From the NCBI GenBank assembly GCA_951406725.2, contig OX597816.1, positions 19,406,001-19,470,000 of the forward strand: 64,000 nucleotides of DNA, read 5' to 3'. Position 1 is the first letter of the stretch; every line of letters begins with the position of its first letter. Shown here piece by piece: positions 55,166 through 64,000 of this stretch. This stretch comes from Octopus vulgaris (lineage: Eukaryota). The notes below the pieces were generated by a model. It had not been told where the DNA came from, did not search any database, and saw only the letters and a list, made by a program, of their open reading frames with translations. The position numbers and the translations under genes are program-made.

Positions 55166-56489
55166 TCGATGAGGGCCTTGCGATTCTTGGAAAATATTTT
55201 GAAACGTTCGATGAACTCTTTACCAAAAGGCAGCGTTTGCTTGGTTGGTTCCAAATGGTTACATATTTACATGCGTGTGTGGAAGAATCTCACGATCTTT
55301 TATGTAGGGTGCTGAGATTAGAAATTACACTGCATTGCTAACTATTACATAAAATGGCCATGACTATTTTGGACCCCAAAATACGATGGATGCGTCGTAT
55401 ATGCGATGTTCCTTACACCAAATACCAATAATAAAACGGCTGCTTCGTTATACCTGATTTTTTGGAGTGCAATATAGCGACAAATTCACAATTCAATTCA
55501 AGATATTCCATAGCATTTGCATGCAAATGAATTGATGGATTGCAAGTTAAAATGTGTTATTTTCCTGTGATATTGAACGGCATCTTTCTTGAGAATATGG
55601 CTCGCAAACAATATATTCTGTTGCACAACATAATGGTCTAGTAGTAATGTTTTCTTGAAACTTATGGTGCTACCAAAATTCAGTTATAACGGCTCATGTT
55701 GCCGAAATTCTAAGCTGTTCTTCATGGGAAAATTTACTACGAATAAACGTTATGCCCTCCAGTCTTTAATAATATATCATTGCAATGTTCGCTACAGCTG
55801 AGAAAACTTGAACTATTCCTAGTTGGTAAATTCTACGCCTGGTGGAAATTCAGATAAAATATCTGAAGAAACACACCTCAGATGTACTGAAATAGAAATG
55901 GGGAATATATAACCGCAAGAAACTTATCGCTGGCACTACATCGTACCGCAAATCGAGAATAATTCTGGTATGAGTGAGTTGCAGATCATTATCTGCATGC
56001 TTAATATTTACAACAGAGAAGATCACTGTCTCCAAGTAACTGTGAAAATAGCAAGCAACAATGAATAGGGGAATTTACTTGCCGTGATAAAACTGAACGT
56101 TTTGATAATTCAATACCATTTTTCTCATCTTACACGTAAATTTCTACATCGGAGCCATTGATGCTGAGTTTGATAGCATCGCCCTAATGGGAAAAGCTTT
56201 GAAATTGAGGCACCGGGAACGCTACCAGTAATATACCAAAGCCATTCGTTTTGGGCCGATAAAAATATTTTGGAAAAAATGTCGCTTTATCTTTTTACGT
56301 ACATTAGATTCTTGTCAGTTACACTTATCCTATAACGAAGATAAAATATTCATAATGTAGGGTATTTGCTATTTTTCTATTCCTTAGCCACAATATACAT
56401 GTATCTGAACGTTGTCCTTACAACTTTTCTGCATCTTCAGTTTCTGTAAAAAGCAACTGGCTAGTGTGATGTTAGCGAAAATTTAATAT

Positions 56490-57030
56490 AATTCGCTCGT
56501 TCGGCAGAATGCTTAGCGTCTGCACTTCCGCTTCATTACGTTATGAGTTCATGTCCTGTCGAGGTCAACATTGTATTTAATAACTTCGAGGTCGGAAAAA
56601 GAAACGTAACCTGTTATGTCTATCAACTTTTCTTTCTTCCTTATCGCATACCTTGTTGTCATCTGGGCATGCTATATCTATGGTCCAGTATAGTTTACTT
56701 TCTTGTGGTTTTGTCGGAACTCCTGGTTTTCTTGCAGGAGTAGGGGGCTTGCTATCAGCCAGCCTACAGTCCCATTCTATGTTCCTATGAACTAATACTT
56801 TCCAGATTATTCTGGCCGTGCGAAGGAGGCCAAGTTGTTGCAACAGTTCTGCTGGGCACTCTATTCCCATTCTCTTTATATTCCTCCTGATGCCTTCTGA
56901 TACTTTCCCCAAGGACCGAACACTGATTGGCACTATCTTCTTCGTTTACCATAGCCGAGAATGAAGTCGATGAATCGACTATTACACAACCCGAAAATAT
57001 GTTGCCATATGTCTAAATCTGAATCAATTA
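56490..57030. mobile_element. Old family A SINE (+) interrupted by a near-identical copy (56607-56957) of segment 54638-54988
   Basis: The 351-bp segments differ at about 2 positions. SINE-like sequence continues on both sides (gagttcatgtcctgtcgaggtcaac before; gtcgatgaatcgact after). Confidence 0.8.
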
Positions 57031-58964
57031 ATTTTACCGTATCAGCTCATATCTTCATCAAGGGTGTTTCATTTTCTCCTGCTGTAGTTAGGATTGAGAA
57101 ATATTCTGTAGTACGTTGAAGGTGGATAAAATTTGTACTACACAATATAATGTAACTGGCTAGAATATGTAAAATGGAAGGACTATGGAGAGTACTATTA
57201 AATATTGGACTTTAGGATCAGAAGTTAACACTCTCACGTAGCCTTCTTTGTGCATGGAAATGTGACTAAATTTCCATGTTATGTAGATAAGGAAGAGGGG
57301 TTACTTAATGCGATTCTACACCTAAATTAACTTACAAATTGCACTTAAAGGGAAACAAAGGGTAACATGATATGAATCATCCTTTTTTTGTGGTTTTCAT
57401 AACTTAGCTTTACTTCTTGCTCTAAAGCCAATATACCGTATATAATATGTTGTATATGTGAATGTGGCGTGTGTGTGAGAGAGAAAGAGAGAGAGACAGG
57501 CACAGAGAGAGAGAGTGTGTGTGAGAGACAGGCAGACAGCAAAAGAAAGGGAGAGATTGAGGAAACGATGGGTAGGTGGTAATATGTTTGTCAAATGTAA
57601 TGTTAAGAAAGATATCAACAGTAGCGAAATTGCGTAAAATTGTAATAAGACACTTTTCGAAATAATCATGCATGCAGCTAAATATGGCGTTATTAGTTTT
57701 CTTCCAATTGTGAGTTGAATTTCCACGGAATTTATTTCATATTCAACATGTTTTGTTTAGTGTGGGTGTGTGTAAGAAATTCAAGATAATAAAATTTGTC
57801 AAAAATATATTTTTAAAAATTCCATGTTGCAAGAATTTAAAAATAACCATGTAGGGTGATTTTAAAAATCATATCAAAGCAAATTATTGGTATGAATATA
57901 ATAATATTAATATTAAAAATAAATAGCAAAATATAATCAATTATACAAATAGTATTGCTAAAGAGAAAGAATTAATGTTAGCATAATAGAAAATGACAAA
58001 AAGAACAGAAATTCACTTGAAATAGAAGCGAACATATACACAAGAAACGATGAACAGAATTGGGTTTGAAAACAATCAATCACCTTGAAAGCAAAACACG
58101 GGCGATCTAGCAGTAAACAAGAGACCCATACTCGTAAACATGACATTGCCTTTGAAGGATCGCCTAAGAATATATATCTTAGATGAGAACAGTTATGTGA
58201 CAACAGTATATAAATAAGGCAAATATAAAACACAGCCCTAGTTAAACAGACTGTGCCATGCAAATATTTACATAACGACATAGAAAAATAAAGAAATAGA
58301 TGGGAATGTGTAACGCAAACTATAAACGGTATTGTGACAAACAGGAAATAGTTTAGCATCTATCGAAATATCGTGATGAAGAAACAGAATTCGAAAAGAG
58401 ATCCTATTAGGGGACGGAGATGCAATGCAAAGATAAATCATATGAAAACTGATGAAAAGAAAAGAAATTGTTTACGGAAGGTAAAGAAATTGTTTACGAA
58501 AAGTAATTGCTTGAATGAACAGGAGCCAGATATACATACACGTAGAAGATACTTAACAGAAATGAAGTAAATATTATGAAGAGTTACAAAAACCACGTTA
58601 AAAGTGAAGTCGTACAATATTTAAAAATCGCAAACTGTATATGTAAATTACACCGATGAAATCTACAGCTTACAGAGCATAGAAAACTGATAAGCCAAAG
58701 AAATTAGTGAACAACAAAGAGATGTTTCGGGAAGATTACCACCAACTTCATCGAGAATTACATAAGAAAACTCTACTTACAGGATCCAGTAAGAAATAGA
58801 ACACTCCAAAAGAAAATCCCTCCAAAAGTAATAAGTCGAAATAAGAAGAAAAACAGGTGATTAGGCACTAAAGGATTTGGAATACTTAAAAGCGGATGAT
58901 ATAATCGAATCCAGATGGGGTAAACCAATTAGTGATCATCCACAACATTTAATATACAAAACTC

Positions 58965-59382
58965 GGATCTTTTCGGTTTGAACGGCAGTCTTTTAAAATA
59001 ATTTCCACGTAACTAAACACTTTTAAACTTCGTATACTTGTAGAAAATGTTTATCAAGCATCTTTTTCTCTTGGCTTTATTGAGAAAATTCTATGGTTTG
59101 TAAGATATTTGTTGTTTTTTTTTTTTCATTTCTGCAATTTCAACCAATCAATGACGTCTATTGAGGTAAAAAACATTCTGTGCCGTATGAATATGTCCCT
59201 TGTTTAGGAAACAGATTGGGTTTATTTACATTTCTGAAGAAAGAAAGATACCCTTCCCACCACCCCTAATCCTAAGCCTAAAACAGATTGAAATGCAATA
59301 GATCGATACTAGGGTCATAAATATGGGTGACAATTTCATATGACACCGCTAGAAAAAACTGCCGTTCAAACCGAAAAGATCC
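58965..59382. mobile_element. Non-autonomous TIR element (MITE), Merlin-like
   Basis: TIRs ggatcttttcggtttgaacggcagt and actgccgttcaaaccgaaaagatcc. Degenerate 8-bp TSD caaaactc/ccgaactc and GG termini. Confidence 0.8.
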
Positions 59383-60087
59383 CCGAACTCCTGTTAAAAT
59401 CAATGTGTTTTATGCAAGTTGATAAGCAAATGGTTTAAGAGATTTGTAAGAAAGTAATCACTTGCGAATTTTAGAAACAGGGGTAAAACAACGTAAATAA
59501 TATCTAGATGCTAGAAGGCTTAAAGTGCTGGCCTATATCGCTGTAAAATTACGTACCGCTAAACTGGAAGAATATTGTTAGAAATAGTAAAAAGTGAATG
59601 GTGCCTAGCTGCTCTGCGAAATAGTGCACTTGTAATTGTTTTCTTACTCTGGAATTAATCCATGGTCACTAATAAACTTAGAATTCAGGAAATGCTCTGT
59701 ATCAAATTTTATAGTATATGGAAAATTAATTCCGTCAGGATTTGTATACAAATGTAAATATTCCAAGTTTATCACTTTCAAAAGTTGAATTCTGACTGTC
59801 GCCTTTCTTATTAAGAAGAACACTACTTAAAAATAAAATGATCGAAAAGGCAGGGATAATCCTCTTTAACACTAAGCTGCATATTAAGTTACATCCCATG
59901 TGCAGAGAACGTCCGCATATTTTCTGTGATGGAAAGTAATTCTGAAATTATAATAGAAAATAATTTTAGATTAAAGGTTAAGTATAATGTTAGATTAAAA
60001 ATTTGGTATCTTATGATACTGATTAAATAGTATATGGAATGTCGACAGCATTTTATGTGTATGTGTATGAGTGTGTGTGTGGGGGGG

Positions 60088-60246
60088 GGGGCAGATACGT
60101 AGCTTTGTGGTGAGAAGCTGGCTTCCCGAGCACATGGTTTCAGGTTCAGTCCCACTACATGCTACCTTGTAAGAATGTCTTCTACCGTAATCTCGAGCCG
60201 ACCAAAACCTCGTGAGTGGATATGGTAGACAGAAACTGAAAGGCGC

Positions 60247-60330
<84 letters not shown>
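60088..60330 (+). mobile_element. SINE family B, 5' half
   Basis: caggttcagtcccact..ccgaccaaaacctcgtgagtggat..gaaactgaaag. Confidence 0.8.
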
Positions 60331-60331
<1 letters not shown>

Positions 60332-60744
60332 CATATATATATATATATAACTTATAAACAAGAGCAAAAGAAAATGATTTCTATGCCAAAATGCTGATAA
60401 CAGACTTTTAATTCGTCAATTTCCACATATATACCCATACACACACACACATATATGTGTGTGTAGTTGATTTTGTGCATGTGTGGATAAATGTGAGAAT
60501 ATATGCAAAGTCTATTGTTATTGAACTCAGTCTGCTAGCGCAAAAAACTATACAATGCATGACATTGAACAGACGATGTGAGAGGATTGGAAAAAAGTGG
60601 AAGAAGAATGCTTGGTTCCTACAGCACACCAGTTTTAATATAGGAAACTGCAATATTGTAATTAGATAAAAAGATTGGCAGTATAATGCCACATTGACAG
60701 ACAAATATTGTTTTATGTCTTCAATTTGTAACAGAAAGAATATT

Positions 60745-61085
60745 CTTTTCTACTCTAGGAACAAGACCCAAACTTTGGTGGGAGGGGACCAGTCGCTTAG
60801 ATCGACTGGTACTTAATTATTGACCCCGAAGGGGTGAAAGCAAAATCGACGTCGATGGAATTTAGACTCAGAACGTAGGACAGTCGAAATACCTATTTCT
60901 TTACTACCCACAAGGGGCTAAACACAGAGAAGACAAACAAGGACAGACAAACGGACTGAGTCGATTATATCGACTCCAGTGCGTAACTGGTACTTATTTA
61001 ATCGACCCCGAAAGGATGAAAGCAAAATCGGCCTCAGTGGAATTGGGACTCAGAACGTAAAGACAATCGAAATACAGCTAAGCAT
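60745..61085 (-). mobile_element. Family A SINE with internally reiterated body
   Basis: Two copies of gaccccgaa..aaagcaaaatcg..ggaatt..actcagaacgta separated by the family A tail. Confidence 0.85.
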
Positions 61086-62360
61086 AAAAAATAATAAAAA
61101 CTTTGCTTTAAATTTACAGGGAACATTGTACATGGTTAATATACATAGGCATTCTTCTGCATATGCCCATAAATGAATCATTAAAACCCAAATTTCAAAA
61201 CCGGCACTTACTTCAAAGTAAATGCATACAAATAAATATAATCAGAAAGAAAAGAGAAACGTGAGCAATGGTGGAAATAAACTTAAAATACATTGATGGA
61301 CAATTCAGAAATCGATTATGAAACTGAATTACAAATACCCACTGGAAAAGATAATGTGATGTTTCCACAATTCTAACCAATGCCTCCTTAGACACAATTT
61401 TTTTTTCATGTTTATTCTTTCTTCTTGCTATTTTCTTTCAGACTTTCTAAAGCCAAAGATTTTAAGTGATTTTTACTGCTACGCATGTAGCATCTAGGAT
61501 TCTGCTTCGAATCACAGAGTTAATGCATCATTTGCTGTTTCTGTGAATTGCAAGCTCCCTGTATCTTTTGTTAATGCATTTTTTTGCGTTTTGGTGATGT
61601 GTGGATAAAGTCAGGGAGACTTGTATGGAGAAAAACCACAGATCACCCCGCGTCCGTTTGCGCTGATCAGCAACCACTTTTCTTTTCATGGACGAAACTA
61701 TAAACTAGCGATCATGTTCATTAGCTTTGTATTCTTTGTTTATAGATACTGCAGAATTATCACGTGTTCTACATTTAACACATTCGCTCACTACACAATC
61801 ATTCAGTCGCTGCTATGAGAGTAACGCACTAAGTCCTATGTGAACAAGTTTTTCAGATGAAATAGATTCCGTTTCTTTAACTGTAAGGGAAGTGACCATG
61901 CCCTCTTTAAAGGAAACAACCAAATTCTTTATTGATTTAGAGACACACAATGATAAATGATACATGAGACATATTATCTCATTCTTGTGTACTCATCAGC
62001 CAGCAAAAAATTCCATCGCAAAGTAAGATTTCGATTGTTGAATGATAAAACTTCTAATACAGATAAAAAAAAACATGTAAAATATATATTACATACCAGA
62101 AATTATAAAATAAAGCAGGCTAAGTAGATATCAAACTGACCATCCCTTGAACCTGAAGGTGGTTCACAGTTTTACAGTAAAATGTTTTAACATCAATAGT
62201 TTAAATGCTCGGCTTTTTTAATGAACACATAAGCAAACATTACAAAATAAAGACCATTGTTAATGAAGGTGATTAAAAAAAATATCAGGAAAATAATTAG
62301 TAAATTTAGCCTTATTATATGTTTGTTATTCATTACGAAATTGCCCAAAATTATCTGTCT

Positions 62361-62734
62361 CAAGGACAGACAAACGGAGTAAGTCGATTATATCGACCCC
62401 AGTGCGTAACTGGTACTTATTTAATAGACCCCGAAAGGATGAAAGGCAAAGTCGACCTCGGCGGAATTTGAACTCAGGACGTAACGGCAGACGAAATACC
62501 TATATCTTTACTACTCACAAGGGACTAAACACAGAGGGGACAAACAAAGACAGACAAACGGATGAAGTCGATTATATCGACCCCAGTGCGTGACTGGTAC
62601 TTATTTAATCGACCCCGAAAGGATGAAAAGCAAAGTCGATCTCGGCGGAACTTGAACTTAGGACGTAGCGGTAGACGAAATACCGCTAAGCATTTCGCCT
62701 GGGCGTGCTAACATTCCTGCCAGCTCGTCGCCCT
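62361..62734 (-). mobile_element. Family A SINE with tandemly reiterated about 180-bp body
   Basis: One head, then the body repeated, with the junction at ggtatttcgtct. Confidence 0.9.
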
Positions 62735-63651
62735 ATATAAACGATATATATATCACAAATGAAATGGCTCGTAAACAATGCATTTGTGGGCGAAGAAAAT
62801 GACACAATTCATGAAAAATTTATTGTACATAATCACGTTACAATACTATGAAGTAAATTTTGTGCGTTCAATCCATAATTGACAACAAATACTATACCTT
62901 AATTCGTCTACAATATAAGAAACGTAATTATCTCGCTATAAATTGACACAACGCACATATATATTCTGTGCAGATACAAAATTAACGCTAGAAAAAACAT
63001 CAAATTACATGCTTTAAGCTATTTTCATCGTGAGAGCTTTTAAATTAGGAGGTTGCAGTAATGTAAGTAAAACATTCTTCCTTCCTCTTCACACAACACT
63101 CTCACTTTCAAAGTTTCATTTTTTTCAGCTCACTGATGAGTCTTTTATAAGTTATCGTATGTCAAACAGCCTTAGTAAATACCCATACAAGCAAATTTCA
63201 CTTTGTAGCCTCTCAAACGTTAATACATATTGCCGAAGATCGTTCCTATATGTTTTTGAGTTACTACAGCAGAGTATCTGAATAACATTCGCATTAATAT
63301 TTGCAGTGTCTGTAATTCCTTACCCTATTAAAAATGTTATTTTAAATTATCTCCTCTGTTAAATTAAAATACTTATCGTGTTCAGAGTCACTTAAGGAGG
63401 TTTAACTCCTCCACATATTATACATTAGTTTATCAAATATTTTGGATTTTCGTTTACATTTCGCTGGCTTCGATCAAAAAATTTTTATTTTCCTTCTAAT
63501 CACCCATATCTCAATCCATTACATCAGCTATCATTGCAACTTCTAAGAATGTTTTCATAGAAGAGTCTTATGTTCTGCATATATCTCTTCGTTCAAAAGC
63601 ATAAGGAGGATGAAATTTGTGAATGAATAAAACAATATTAGAGAGATATTG

Positions 63652-64000
63652 GGAGTAGGAGTGGCTGTGTGGTAAGTAGCTTGCTTACCAACCACATGAT
63701 TCTGGGTTCAGTCCCACTGCGTGGCAACTTGGGCAAGTATATTCTACTAAAACCTCGGGCCGACCAAAGCTTTGTGAGTGGATTTGGTCGAGGGAAACTG
63801 AAAGAAGCCCGTCGTATTTATGTATTTATATATATATATATATATGTGTGTGTGTGAGTTTGAGTACGTGTGTATGGGGGGTGCGTATATTTGCGTGTCT
63901 GTGAGTTCCCCCAACATCACTTGACAACCAATGCTGGTGTGTTTACGTCCCTATAACTTAGCGGTTCGGCAAAAGAGACCGATAGAATAAGTACTAGTCT
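63652..64000 (+). mobile_element. SINE family B (runs off the window end)
   Basis: ggagtggctgtgtggtaagtagcttgcttaccaaccacatg..gggttcagtcccactgcgtggc..gagaccgatagaataagtactag. Confidence 0.9.

Noticed and set aside
57950-58950. A-rich strand-biased stretch suggestive of an ancient LINE coding region
   Set aside because: Frequent stops and no diagnostic motif could be recovered by eye.
63128-63180. CTGATGA motifs here and at about 17690, 33564 and 36729
   Set aside because: No correctly placed helix II plus GAAA plus NUH, so they are not hammerheads.

Overview
This is AT-rich, microsatellite-dense eukaryotic non-coding DNA. The repeat families look like those of a coleoid cephalopod, probably Octopus (inference from recalled families). 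No intact host protein-coding gene is supportable, and nearly all ORF-track entries are translated (TA)n/(TAA)n/(CA)n tracts. The window is a mosaic of: (1) 5'-truncated R4/Dong-type non-LTR retrotransposons with a restriction-like endonuclease, sitting in (TAA)n tracts, including a same-orientation stack at about 48.3-55.2 kb; (2) Penelope-like element (PLE) remnants next to (TA)n tracts, several carrying minimal type I hammerhead ribozymes; (3) at least four tRNA-derived SINE families; (4) Helitron, mariner, Tc1, Merlin-like and piggyBac-like DNA transposon derivatives; (5) fold-back and inverted duplications centred on microsatellites. Two observations stand out. One is a hammerhead with all helices intact but a non-canonical CCGANGA core, with the same core in a second copy. 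The other is a tRNA-headed (Pol III) SINE-like element carrying a PLE-type hammerhead in its tail. All alignments and folds were done by eye, and element boundaries are approximate.
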